Of a DNA stretch of 64,000 nt, positions 1 through 14,482 are shown in pieces. Below the pieces are notes generated by a model. The model did no database searches and was not told the DNA's origin. It was given only the letters and a program-made list of their open reading frames with translations. Source of the DNA: Eledone cirrhosa (taxonomy: Eukaryota); assembly GCA_964016885.1 (NCBI GenBank), contig OZ024755.1:20274001-20338000 (forward strand). The letters are read 5' to 3'. The translations under genes and the position numbers were made by a program. Every line of letters starts with the position of its first letter. Position 1 is the first letter of the stretch.

Positions 1-1020
1 TATGTACCAGGCCAGAGAGTACGGGATCCTGTCCAGCTTAAGCTTCCAGATCAGGTCGGAGAGAGCCGTGCTTTTCCTTATGGCCTCCTTATTGAATAAA
101 TGGCGATGGTTGTACCAGCGGTCTTTAAAGCTTGTTGATGTGGCTCCTATGTAGGGGTGTTCGGAGTTGGGGGTTTTAACCCTACTACCCTATACTAGGT
201 TCTTCTTGAGGCATTCATTAACAAGGGGGCATGATTCGGGGTTTCTGCAGTTGCAGAGGGTGGTCGACCTCTGCGTGCCTATATTAGGGTTCCCGTTATG
301 TGTTACATGTTGGTCTTCCCCCAGGCCCGGTGGGGAATCCCCGGGTCTGTTTGGGTTTCTTGTGTGGGCTCTGGGTACCCCTCCCCTCCTTTCACATGGT
401 TCTGCTGAGTGCTTGTATTGCCATCTTCTGGTTGTGTGTGGTTTTTAAGCCTACTCCTGTTGATGGTAGATATGTGTTGGGCCAGGTTTCTCGTGGTGGA
501 ATACGAGAGCTTCACAGTGTGTCTGTTGAAGATCCTGTGGTATCTATGGTCCCTCGGGAAGCATTTATCAAGTGCTCCAAAGAATAATCGGGCCAAGCTG
601 TTCTTTAGGGCCGCTGAGTAGGGTGGATTGTACCACGTGATTTTTCGGTGTCTCCTCCTATATGTGTGGGTCGGGCGCGTCGTGATTTGTTGGAGGTTTG
701 TTGGGTTGCTAGTGATTCCCGCACTGTTGCTTCCCCTTTGGGCGCTATGCTTTTTGTTATCTTCACGGCCCGAATCTGTGGGGTGGTCGTTGCCCGCGCT
801 GGGAGATCTATCGTGGGGTGGTCCCCCGTTTCCCCCCTCCCTACGTGTCGTGCGGTTGGGGTCGTCGGTCTTGGGGTGGTTAGCGTCACCCCTGAGACTG
901 CTACTCATATTGTGTTTCATCTCGTGGTTAAGCGTACTAGTCACCACCGCCCGTGAGGTGGTATCGGGCACATGGTGCCTATTTGTTTCTGCTCTGCCTG
1001 TATTGCATTTTTGTTTTTAA
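1..1020 (-). mobile_element. Decayed Penelope-like retroelement C-terminal region (linker plus GIY-YIG endonuclease), running off the window edge
   Basis: Minus-strand peptide RKITWYNPPYS...LDKCFPRDHRYHRIFNRHTVKLSYS (ORF 303-971). After a frameshift it continues as CNCRNPESCPLVNECLKKNLV*GSRVK...YIGATSTSFKDRWYNH...STALSDLIWKLK, i.e. a Cys knuckle plus GIY-YIG motifs with a TAG at the first Tyr. Confidence 0.85.
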
Positions 1021-1051
1021 AATGCAAAGTCAATAAATACACCAGGATTTT

Positions 1052-1112
1052 TTTCATTCTGATGATTGAAAGCAAAATTTTTTTGCTTTTAAGAAACCAA
1101 TGGTAAATGAAA
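1052..1112 (+). ncRNA. Type I hammerhead ribozyme (canonical core, GUA site)
   Basis: TTTCATT-CTGATGA-TTGAAAGCAAAA/TTT/TTTTGCTTTTAA-GAAA-CCA A TGG-TA-AATGAAA: 7-bp stem I, 12-bp stem II and a minimal stem III. Confidence 0.85.
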
Positions 1113-1141
1113 TAATTGCCTTATGTTGTTTATTACATAAC

Positions 1142-2580
<1,439 letters not shown>

Positions 2581-3742
2581 TATAAGCATACACCTGAACG
2601 TATATACTTCAACATATACACTTCATATATATACGTATGTATTCCTACTTATATGAACAAAATTTATTACAAAAAAGAATAAAAGGCAATCTACAAAAAT
2701 CAATTCTGTCAGCTTAAGAACTGTCTGAAACGGTGGCCACAAATGTCAGAGAACTACCATCTTTACCAGAGACGTCCTTCATATTGCAGTAGTTTTTGTT
2801 ATCATGTTATCGCTTCCACGATTGTTGCTGTTAATAACAAAACCGAAAACTTCGGAGTTGTTCCTAAAAACAAGAACGACTGCTGGAATTGGCTCTATGA
2901 ATATGATAAAAACAACGTTATCTGAATGTGCGCCAGGAATTCTATTGATTTGTTTGTCGGTCTTGGCTTGTTAATAGTCGACATCAGTCTGTAACGACTT
3001 ATTTTGTAGTAGGCCTGATATTTAGGAAATTACAACTGTCATACAACCACAATATATTGATTGCAATTTAACTCGGTGAAACGCCCAATTAAAATGGGAT
3101 TCTCTCTCTGAGCTTACTGTTGAAATTATTCGCGTCTCTCCTCCCACGTATATGTTTGTGTTTGTGTTGAGATAGGTGATATAAAGTTCAGGTCTTCTCT
3201 TATCAACAAAAATACTCCTCAACAATAACTTCAAAATAATGTTAACGTAATTACAGCTTAAGCAACGATATAACACTGCATGTTTATTTATCCCTATCCT
3301 CTCCTAACAGAGGAGTTTACCATGATGACAATTAAAGGAATAAACAGAAGCTAAGCCAATTATTCTGTACTTATAGGCAAAATAAGTAGCATATGAAAGT
3401 AATGGTCACAGATAAAAATTAGATTCTGGCTTACAGTACTGAATTCAAATCCAGCTGTTGTAAAACTATGAAAGGAGGAAAATGGAGGTCAGACTTGGAT
3501 TCATGTCCCGGAGAGAGGACATATTTGCCAGTATTTTCAACAACTCATCATTAGCACTATTAGTATTACCAACACCTTTGATCACAGTAAATCCCCTGTG
3601 TCCCAAATATCCTTTAGATCACAAATATTGAAACAAACAGCAGAAACACAATTATCATATGACACAAGATAGAGTCTCTGAAATGTTATTAGGTTATCAA
3701 AATGCTTCAACTTTCGCGACAAAACGATGACGATGGCAACAT

Positions 3743-3960
3743 ATGAGGGGATACTGAAAGGTTTCTGTCTTATCGCTGCTACAGAGACCGGGTTGGTGAC
3801 TCAACCATCCGAGTTCTTTTTACAGGGCTTAGACAAATTGAAGGACTGCTGCAATAAATGTGTGAATCTAAGAGGAAAATATGTTGAATAAAATCATAAT
3901 TAACTGATCCTCCTATATTTTCTTTTACCCAAAGCCAGGAACTTTTCAGCTCCCCCTCGT
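3743..3960. mobile_element. Mariner-type MITE
   Basis: Imperfect TIRs ATGAGGGGATACTGAAAGGTTTC ... GGAACTTTTCAGCTCCCCCTCGT. An inverted relative lies at 23157-23359. Confidence 0.65.
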
Positions 3961-4575
3961 TTGTTAAATGCTTTACTGTAGTATCCTCAACATTCTATAA
4001 TACAAGCTGCTGTCCTTACCATTGCTATCAAATTCATCGTGATCGAAAACCGGTGGTGGGTTATTTAATATACTCTCGCACTTTTAAACCCTTTAGGATT
4101 ATATTTTGCCATTCATCACTCCAGGATCAATAAAACCATTGACGGATTTCTGAGATGTAAGACCATAAATCTTAATATAAATCTTAAGAAAGAAAGAAAC
4201 AAGATATTGTTGGGTGTGTGGAGTTGTGAACGAGGTGAAATAATTTCAATCAATCGATAAAATAGCTATATCTAATATAGGATTCTTAAGTCAATCTCCT
4301 TTAATATTCTTCTGTTATGGCCAGCCACATAATAGTCTTAGGCGTTGTGATTAGCTTAGACCAAAAGTTTTTCTAGTTCTTCAGAATTCATTCTGAGGGT
4401 ATAACTATATATAAATAAAAATTTCTTAAGTGTTTCCTGCATTGCACCATTGTTCAATCAATAGGATATATACAATTCACCCCTATTTATATCGGCCCAG
4501 AAATATAGAATATCAGGAGAAACTGATCAAATAAACATCCAATTCATTCGTCCTGATTAGAAATATCTGGGTATG

Positions 4576-4792
4576 TTAACCCTTTAGAATTTACATTACT
4601 CTATGTTTACTATTTTGTATTTTCATGGTAAAGGCATTACCTCATATAATTATATCACATAATATCAAATGTATGAGATTTTGATATTATTTATTTTGAG
4701 AACAATACCTGAACCTCAATATGAGCGGCCGGGTACAGCCGGTTTGATCAGAGAGAGGTGAGAGAATTCTGACCGGATATGGCTGGTTTAAA

Positions 4793-4796
<4 letters not shown>
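4576..4796 (-). mobile_element. piggyBac-type MITE, one end lost in a TA run
   Basis: Starts TTAA-CCCTTTAG. Reverse-complement match to the complete copies at 53866-54083 and 63616-63837. Confidence 0.7.
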
Positions 4797-4827
<31 letters not shown>

Positions 4828-4967
4828 CAAATTTATATTAAGGATATGATGCCTGAGAATATCAGAATCATGCGCCATTTAATAGGTGTGCGCGTGCGTG
4901 TCCCAAAATGTATATGCAAATGCATGTACAGGTAATCAAAGTGTGTATATATTTGGGGGGGGGGACA

Positions 4968-5210
4968 ATGTATGTATGTATGTATGTATGTATGTATGTA
5001 TGTATGTATGTATGTATGTATGTATGTATGTATGTATGTATGTATGTATGTATGTATGTATGTATGTATGTATGTATGTATGTATGTATGTATGTATGTA
5101 TGTATGTATGTATGTATGTATGTATGTATGTATGTATGTATGTATGTATGTATGTATGTATGTATGTATGTATGTATGTATGTATGTATGTATGTATGTA
5201 TGTATGTATG
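4968..5210. repeat. (ATGT)n microsatellite
   Basis: Direct reading. Confidence 0.98.
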
Positions 5211-6650
5211 TCATTGGCGGTAGCATTAAGACAGCGTTTAAGCATAATAGAGGTGTATATGAAATCATATATATATACATATCTCGTAATACGCTTATAC
5301 ACATTAAATATATATATATAGCGGTGAAGAAAAATAAATTTTTTCGTAGCAAAATAAATCTAATTTTTCTTTATTTTACTATGTGAATATATGAGAGTTA
5401 CCAGTAAGTATGTCAGACAGCGCTGTTTCAAGATTTCATGAGTGGCACTCACTCAAAACGTCCCTGCATTAAATATACTATAGTCTATCTAGTATATTGC
5501 ATGGTGCTCATTTGCTTGAGATGCTTATATTTGGGTTCCAGCTACACCTAATTTGTAAAGTAAAACCATCGGAAAGCTTGTTAACACTTTGTGTTAGGTT
5601 CTTATTCAGATAAATTGAATGCCCTGGATTCCATCCTCATACAGAACAAATTTTTTTACTCACGCTGCGATCCAATTTATCTTAATTATGTGAATATATA
5701 AAGTTGCGTTTTTTATAAGTTTCAATCTCCCTGATGTCAAATTTATCTTCTTCATGTGAGCAAAAAGATATGCTTTAACGTTTTCCTCGAAATGTTATAC
5801 TAAATATATATTGTATTAAATTTCTGGTTATCCGGGTCGTTAATTATCAAAACCTCCTCACGGGCAGGGCTGTCATTTAGTATGTTTTTTTTAATGTTTA
5901 TCTGGTTGATATGCCCAATCTCTCCTGTAATTCATTTCTTCCTACTCCTCATTACACGTTCACATCTTACTTCTCTTTTGTTTGTAACCATCAATCTCTT
6001 TTTGTGTATATAGCTATCGCCTACTACGTCGCTACCACCAGAGTTGAGAGTCAAAATGTTTTTCTAGTCTACCACTTACTACCTTCTCTCTCTCCCACAC
6101 ACACACACTCTCTCAGTACAGTCTTACAGTCTATTATTTACACTCACCCACCTCATACGTTATCTGTCATACGCTTCTACTCTATCCAATTATTCTTTCA
6201 GTTTTGCCTTAACAGTCAGTCTTTAAATGAAAAAAAAATTGGTGTATATATCACTTTTTACACAGGCTGAGGGCAAGAACTTTGGTCAGATTATACCGAC
6301 CAATCTTTGACTGGCAATTATATTATTAATCTCGTAATGGTGAAATGTCTGAGAAAACCGTCTAAGAATTTCATGAAGCACTCGGCCGTTATTTGACGTT
6401 CTTTTCATGAACTGACATTTTTGCCAGCAGCAAAGAACTGAGTAACAATGGAATAAAGCATCGGCCCCAGTTTAAAAAAAAAATCAACTAAACATATTGA
6501 GCACATGTTCAATCGTGTGGACATAGGCTTATACATACACACCTCTATACACATGTGTGTGTATGTATGTATGTATGTATATATATATTTATATACCATA
6601 TGTTCTCTTATTTATAGTGGTCGGTTATTATTATGATAGTTATTGGATAG

Positions 6651-6838
6651 TGGATTGGCAGTATTGGTAGAGAGTCGGACGCCATGCTTTGACGCATAGA
6701 GTTACGGCCCTTGCTATTCTGAGTTCAAATCCCGCCGAGGTTAACTTTGCCTTTCATCCTTACGGGGTCGATAAAATAAAGTACCAGTAATACACTCGGT
6801 AATTGCTGGCCTTGTGCCTAACGTAGAAACAATTATTA
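6651..6838 (+). mobile_element. tRNA-derived SINE, family A
   Basis: Box A-like TGGCAGTATTGGTAG, box B GAGTTCAAATCC, body GCCTTTCATCCTTACGGGGTCGATAAAATAAAGTACCAG, tail GTAGAAACAATTATT. More than 20 copies in the window. Confidence 0.9.
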
Positions 6839-7589
6839 TGATAGTTATTTCCGTTGGGACACGCACTTCCAATTTCAAATTCTTTGACTGCTTTTTCAGT
6901 TAGCCGGTGTAGAAAATTTAGCTATCAACTTAATTGCTTCTAAATAGAGAGAAATAGTGGCCAGCGGTTTTTGAGCGTAGAGGTCTAAGACCTCGCCCCA
7001 AATCGTATTTATGTATGTATAAGTGTATTCTTTTGTACATATTCTTGTATAGAATATCAAAAAAAAATCTATTATTTTGAGATGAGATATTACGTGTCTA
7101 GGTGTGTATTTATAAATATAGTCTTCAGTTATACACTCGCGGGTTTTCGTAGCACAAATAGGCGTAATGTTTCTAACAGACCTCCCCATTGGTTAGAGAA
7201 CCGTGAAACATTGAAAAACAAGAAAAAGGGAAATTTCAATCTTGTGAGAGATGAAAGAATTCCACAAACAGAAACAAGAAAGTAATAATGATACATAAAC
7301 AAAATGTTTTCTTATTCTGTAAACTACAACATTTAACATCGACCTTGGAACTTGGCAACTGAAATGTTAAATTTAACAATTTCGAGATGATTATATTTTT
7401 TTCTTTACAACTCTCTTGGGATTCGTTCAACATGATGAATTTGCAATAATTATATTATTTTATATTTTACTCTATTGTTAGTTTTAGCATTTTTTGGACT
7501 GCGGCCATGTTAAACCACCTCTCTCAAAGATTTTATTCCAATAGTTTAACACAACCCATTATTTCGTTCCGGACAAGTATGGTCCTGCA

Positions 7590-7995
7590 ACTCCCGAAAG
7601 AGTCGTATCGGAGCCCATCCCTCTCCAGACCTGGACACAGCAGATATCTTCCAGGTAACTCCCGATAGAGTCGTAGCGGAGCTCATCCCTCTCCAGACAT
7701 GGACACAGCAGATATCTTCCAGGTAACTCCCGATAGAGTCGTAGCGGAGCTCATCCCTCTCCAGACATGGACACAGCAGATATCTTCCAGAGAAAGATGG
7801 AAATGCGAGAGGAAATGAGAGAAAAGAAATGAGAGAGGGAATGAGAGAAAGGAAATGAGAGAGGGAATGAGAAAGAGATATAAAGGAAGAATCGACCCCA
7901 GTACTAGACTGGTACTATTTTTACCGACCTCGAAAGGATGAAAGGCAAAGTTGATTTCGGCGGGATTTGAACAAAGAACATAAAGGGCCATAACT
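7590..7995 (-). mobile_element. SINE family B (shares body with A, CT-rich 3' part) with an internal 68-bp tandem triplication
   Basis: ACTCCCGA(A/T)AGAGTCGTA recurs at about 7590, 7658 and 7726. Homologous to 28560-28785, 32058-32520 and 49006-49350. Confidence 0.7.
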
Positions 7996-8433
7996 CTGCT
8001 TCAGACTTTGGGCAAACAGTCGTTAGATAAAAGCCTTGTTTTTCAATGGTACAACAGTTTCAATGCTGATTGAGTCTCAGCTCAAATGATAAGCGTTCAA
8101 TCCCTAACATAAAGCCAGAAAATGTAGAATATTTATTTACATGGTCGTTTGACCAGCTAGAATTAGTAACAAAAACCCTCATGCGAGACCTTGCTTTCTT
8201 AAAACACGAACAGTGCTTTGGTTAAGATAGTTCTGGATACATTGGCTGAAAGGTCACGGCTGGAATGACTTTGACTATAGGTTTCCTTGACTGGTGTTCA
8301 CTTGGTGCTAAATAACTATATATACAATACACATTGAATGGGCAACTGAAATTGACTGCTTTTATCCATGGATTTAAAATATCTATAATTACATTATCAT
8401 TTCCTTCATGGCTATTTTTCATACTATATTTTA

Positions 8434-8653
8434 AATAATGATTTCTAGTATAAGCACAAGGCCAGTAATTGGGGGAGGGAAAAGTCGATTAAATCTACCC
8501 CAGTGCATTACTGGTGCTTTATTTTATCAACCCCGTTAGGATGAAAGGCAAAGTTAACCTCGGCGGGATTTGAACTCAGACCCTAAAGGACCGTATCTCT
8601 ATGCTGCAAAACATGGTTTCCGACTCTCTATCGATACTGTCAATCCACCGCCC
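8434..8653 (-). mobile_element. SINE family A (long 3' form)
   Basis: Reverse complement of the family A consensus, including the GTCGATTAAATC hairpin arm and TCCCCC segment. Confidence 0.9.
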
Positions 8654-9315
8654 TTTCATACTATATTTTAAATAAAGTCTTCTAAAGGCACATTTACACA
8701 TTATAAAACTTATTTAAACTCGATAATAGAGACCACTTTCTGTCTGGTTAATTCCCAATGTTCTGTTCTGCAGTAGATTATCACTTGTAATAAACAAATA
8801 AATTCTGTTTTTAAAAAATCATTTATGTTTGATATTTGAGGTTAAAATTACACTCAAGAGTTATATCGTAAAGTAATAAAAGGAAAATAAAGTAATAATT
8901 TCTCAATTAGGTGATAACAACATTCCTTCTAAACAAAATAATACAACGGGCTAATCGTAATAGATAAATACATATATTCAGAGTTCAGATTCATAAAATA
9001 TCAACTCAACATGAAATTAAACTGCCATAAGAATGAAGCTACAAAATTGATGCGTACAATAATCTGCAAGCCTTTCCAATGATTTTATTAGTCGATGGCA
9101 TAAAAAGAAAGATTTATTTTGTTATAAATTTCCTTGATTCTGAACAGAACTTCACTTAATGTCAGATTTTTTAATACATTTAATTGTAAGTTTTATGTCA
9201 CCGAATATGTTTTTATTTTTAATGTGAAAGCTGACCTGACATGGCATCGAGGTTAAAATCATTTTATTATACTCCTGGGGTTCACGGTACAATTTGGTTC
9301 ACTGAAGCAAAAGCG

Positions 9316-9351
<36 letters not shown>

Positions 9352-9370
9352 GTATGTGTGAGAGAGAGAG

Positions 9371-9405
<35 letters not shown>

Positions 9406-9569
9406 GTGTGAGAGAGAAAGGGGGAGATTTTATATATATATTTATATTTAAGCGTGCGTACGTGCGAGAGAGTACGAGCGAGAGAGAGAGTACGAGCGAG
9501 AAAGAGAACGAGTGAGAACTTAAACCGCTTATGTCTATGTATGCATGTATGCATGTCTTCTTCACTTCG

Positions 9570-10300
9570 TTATTCCTGGGAGCGTCATGGGGTCAGAGTC
9601 GTCAAACAATCCTTCCATCGAGCCATGTCAGAAGCAACTCTCTCCAATTGATCCGACTGGATACACAAGCAAGACCAGCCAAGCTCTTGGATGTTATCCA
9701 ACTATCATGCTCGGAGTCTCCTGGCGGTTGGTTTTGCCAGTAAAATATGTCCAGCGATTCTTTCCTTACACATACAGGCTGCTAATAAAGTCTCACCAAT
9801 CGATACGAATCCCGGTTACTTCTAATTACTCTTTTCCATGTCAGGTGGTCTGTGCCTACATGTGCATTGAAGTCACCCATTAGGCTAAATGACTGTCTTT
9901 TCATCAAACGTTGCAGTGACAATATCAAGGGAGGATCTGTATTCGAACTATTAACTTTGGTGCAAAAACTTGCACCACCCACTCAGAGCTATCTTGCAGC
10001 CTAAGCTTCAAGAGACAAACCCACCCTCCGAATGGGATCCAGTCAATTACAAATTATGACAGTCGGGGTACTTGTGACTATCTCCACTTCCACCTGTGCA
10101 GACTATTCTGGCACCACACTTGAATAGTGGAGTTTCCATTCTCTATTCAAATCTACAATATCAGTGCCATGGAGCTGTGTTGAGGAAACACCGACTATAT
10201 CTAGCCAGTAGAATCTAGACTCCTCCACCAGTTTCTGCCCCTTACTTGTAAGTGTTGTAATGGTCCAGTTTTTTCAATTGTTAACATTTTCTCCTTTCTG
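9570..10300 (-). mobile_element. Internally deleted RTE-clade LINE (APE endonuclease remnant joined to the 3' end)
   Basis: Minus-strand peptides NWTITTLTSKGQKLVEESRFYWLDIVGVSST and LMGDFNAHVGTDHLTWKRVI match RTE-type APE motifs. Multiple stops and frameshifts. Confidence 0.75.
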
Positions 10301-10956
10301 GACCCCGGTCCCACCCCGGGGAAGCAACATTTGTGCGTCCATCCGACATCTCCCGGGAAAGGACGCAAGCCTATAGCCAATTCTACCAGCGTCGAATGGA
10401 TACTGCAATATATTTTCCGAACAATTATTTTGGTTTATGAAAACATGATAGAAACATACGCAGAAATTCCCACAGAATAGACAAAGTGACTATATTCGCG
10501 GACAGGAATATTCATCAAGTCACCTAGATTAAGTCAAAACAACATGATATCGTTGTCAAAACTATCGAGCAAAAAATATCTCTCAATCGATGTATCAATT
10601 CCAACGGACGACAATATTGCTCGAAAAAAAAATGGAATAGCTATTAAAATATAAATATCTAAAAACAGAGAGAAACAGAATGTCGGTCCTGGCAAAAAAA
10701 TAACAGAAACAATTTATAATGATATGTGCTTCGTGAATGATAAAAAATATATATATATAAGAAACAATGTAAATAGCAAGAGGCACATGACATACATACG
10801 TACATACATACAGACACACACATTATATATATATATATATATATATATTTATAATGCGATGAAATATCAATTATGGTTGGCAAATCACTGACGAAGGACT
10901 AATTTTATCATATGTAACCCATGTGCAACCACCCAGTATTCTTCTTTCTTCTCATG

Positions 10957-10991
<35 letters not shown>

Positions 10992-10993
<2 letters not shown>

Positions 10994-11143
10994 GGAACGA
11001 GTAGGACCCCGACGGCTGAGCTCAAGCCGTTTCGACGGCAAATTCTGGACTAAAAATTTTAGGACTATAAATTTTAGATTTTTAGTCCAGAATTAGCCAT
11101 CGAAACGGCTTGAGCTCAGCCCTCGGGGTCCTACTCGTTCCTA
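10992..11143. repeat. Fold-back inverted repeat (about 66-bp arms) carrying the 3' half of a hammerhead
   Basis: 10992-11057 is the near-perfect reverse complement of 11078-11143. The left arm on the minus strand reads GAAA-CGGCT-TGAGCTC-AGCCG-TC. Confidence 0.85.
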
Positions 11144-11220
11144 TTACCCACTCTAGTACCCTAAGTATTGAGTACGTTGGTGCGTTATGGTCCATCTGGT
11201 TCCTTACCACATTTCCTTCG

Positions 11221-11643
11221 TTATATATTATACATATATATATTATACATACATATATATATATATATATATTATACATACATATATATATATATATATT
11301 ATACATACATATATATATATATATATTATACATACATATATATATATATATATTATACATACATATATATATATATATATTATACATACATATATATATA
11401 TATATATTATACATACATATATATATATATATATTATACATACATATATATATATATATATTATACATACATATATATATTATACATACATATATATATA
11501 TATATATTATACATACATATATATATATATATATTATACATACATATATATATATATATATTATACATACATATATATATATATATATTATACATACATA
11601 TATATATATATATATTATACATACATATATATATATATATATT
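11221..11643. repeat. Compound minisatellite ATTATACATAC(AT)n, left flank of the Penelope
   Basis: Direct reading. Same unit and orientation as 15838-17320. Confidence 0.95.
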
Positions 11644-12159
11644 CTTATATTTGGGGAGGGTCATATTTGCGTAATATTGCCAGAATTAATAACAGAACAC
11701 ACTCACTGTTTGGTTGGTTTTCGCTTCTCGCTGTCTTTTATATATATATATCTGCGATCTAACTTACTCGGTCCTCAATGTTGCCATTGACTGACCGGCG
11801 GTCAAAAATAATACAGATACAATATAGACAAACACATATATATATAGTTTACATAAATCTTTCGTTGCACATCTGCAACATCGTCAGTGGTGTTATATTC
11901 ATTGTTCCTCCTGTTGTGTTGTATGTCTACGCCATTTTTTTTGTTCAGTCTGTCTATATATTTATTTATTTATTTGCTTGTTTGTTTATCTTATTTTATT
12001 TTGTCTTCTTTGCGCATGCGTTTGCGTGTGTGTATAGTGTTATGTGTGATGTGTGACTAGTGTGTATCGTGTTGTGTCTGCTGGGTGACTAGTGTGTGTT
12101 TATGTGCTTGTGTATGTATTTATTTATCTTATTTTATTTAATTTAATTTACTTATTTAT

Positions 12160-14482
12160 TTATACTTCTCTTAGGTCAGTGTTGTTTGTTTGGGTGTTGT
12201 TGTTGTTCCACTCATTCTTTCTGTTTAGCTTTGGTTTTCTAATTTCTATTTCACTGGCCTCTCTGATTTGCCTATCTGCTGGGTCATTCCTATGTTTAGA
12301 TATTATTCTAATTTCTATGTTGTCTATGTTACCGTCATGATGTTGTCTAGCATGTTCGTATAGTACTGACCCGTTTTTTCGTCCTTTTAGTTCCCCCCAG
12401 TGTTGGTCTATCCTTTCACCTATGCTACGAGCTGTCTCACCTATGTATGTTGTTGTCGTGTTTCTGCAAGTACCCTCTGTACATCTTATGCTATAGACTA
12501 CGTTTCTAGTTTTACAGTTTATCCGGGGGTTCACCTTACATATGATACATTTCCTATTGGTACAGTGGGTTTTCTTAAAAGGGTAGGTTTTGCTGATCAG
12601 GGATTTTATGGTGGTTCCTGGCTTTTCTACCACCTTTATTTTTAAGTGGGTCTTTCTCAGGGCCTTTCTACACTGGTTAGCTAATTTCCCTCCAGGGGTG
12701 GCGTCCACAAACATGACACTCTGATATCTCTGGTTGTCGTACCATGATGTGGCCTTCCCTATCTTATGTCTAGCCCTATCTAAGCTATTCCATGATTTGC
12801 TCCTGTATAGTGGGCAAATTCCTTTCATGTCCAGTTCTATGAGGGTCTTATACTTTTCCATGGCTCCTTCGTATACTCTGACTCTGTCTCTTTGGTTGTA
12901 GCCAGAGAACTGCATGCGGTTGATGAAGTGTTGGATGTGTCCTTCCATTTCTGTTGGGTCGCACATGCTGGACACATTCTTCATCACTCGTACCAAATCT
13001 GCGATCAGAATATTAAACTTAGCACTACTGGACATTGCTGAGTTTTTGAGTATCAGGTATTTGGAGGCCATGGGTTTAGCATAGTGTGAGTGGAGAATTT
13101 GGGCTCTCTCGTCTATAGTGTTAATCCAGAGTTCTGTGTCTAATACAGGTAGTCTATTGTTAGGGTGTTTGGAAGGGAAGTCTATAGTTACAGTTATACT
13201 CTGGTGTATGGAATTAGCTATCTGCTGGATGCTTTCCATCGTGCTACGTTCTAAATCAAACTTGTTAGTGCTCTCTAGTGGGGGTGTTCTTATAACTATA
13301 TTGATATCGTCTACATAACGAGAGTACATGATGAGGTCTATGGAGCTTTCATTAAGGAGATCTTTAAGTCTCCTTTCCCACCATACCATGAAAAGGTTGG
13401 CAACATCGCCAGCTATGCTGACGCCGATGGCTGCTCCCTCATTTTGGGTGTAGATTTTCTCATTGAACTTAAATATGTGGCCCTTTAGGGTAGTTTTGAT
13501 ACTAGCCCCTATTGCATGTGCGACCATTTTTCTTACCTGATCAGTGTTTTGGGGGGTCCGTATAGCTTTGGTCCACCCAATCCACCTTCCTATGGGAGTC
13601 TTTTTAGCCATTGAGGTTATGGTGGGGGGTCTACCTCTTATAGGTCTACTAGGGCAGAAACATCTAAGGTCATGGCTGTCTAGGTAGTCAGTGTCGTAGG
13701 TAAGTCTAAGTAGGAGGCCTAGTTCGTCTGTGTCGACGTCGCAGAACTCCACCTCACTCTCAATGATCATCTCCACACATCTTTTCACAGCAAAATCAAT
13801 GTTAATGGATGGGTACAGTGACACCACATCCATGCTGCCTATTATGCAGTTGGATAGGCTCCTGTTTTTGTTGCACTCACTGATTCTGCTGAGGAGGTCC
13901 TCTGTACTTTCACATACATCTGGGGACATCTTGATTATGGGGCGTATAACCATTGAGAGGAAGTAGGAGATCCTGTAGTTGCTAGCTATATTAGCTCCGC
14001 ATACAGGTCTTGTTGGTGGTCCTATTGTCGGGTCGTCGACTGTCTTGTGGTCTTTGCGGAGCCCATACAAGGGTGGTATGCCATTGTTAGACGCCTGGAA
14101 GTTGTTGGCAGTGCGTCTGCTTGGCTTTAGGATGTCAGTCCACATCATCATGTGAGCGTTGAGGATTTTTTCTCTCCCATCGTGTGTTAGTTGTGCAACT
14201 TCGCTCGTGTTGGTGATGTGGGGTTGCATTGCCTCGATGTAGTTCGGCATGCTATCTATTGACATCCTACCAGACTTATCTGTGGGTAGACACACTACCT
14301 CACCATCCCTTGTGCGCTGCTTGAGGCTAACCAAGCCTTCTACAGGTTTTATCCCAAGTTGTTGGGCCTCTGGTCTGCTCTGTCTCATAGTGTACCTGTC
14401 TACTACTTGTCTAATCTTATTTCTAGCTATGGTGAACTGTGCCTCCGTCTCGTCATCTATTTGTTGTGGTATGCAACATCCA
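12160..14482 (-). CDS. Penelope-like reverse transcriptase-GIY-YIG endonuclease (N-terminally truncated, frame intact)
   Basis: RT motifs PPTRPVCG, GSMDVVSLYPSI, QNEGAAIGVSIAGDVANLFM, YSRYVDDI, LPVLD. Cys-rich linker CTNRKCIICK...C. Endonuclease motifs NVVY...YIGETARS...RIDQH...HARQHH...RQIREA...LN. First in-frame ATG near 14388. Confidence 0.95.

Noticed and set aside
180-260. Selenocysteine recoding in the first Penelope fragment
   Set aside because: The Cys codons are TGC and the in-frame stop is TAG, not TGA.
10888-10930. CTGACGAAGGAC as a hammerhead
   Set aside because: No closing stem II strand or GAAA follows.
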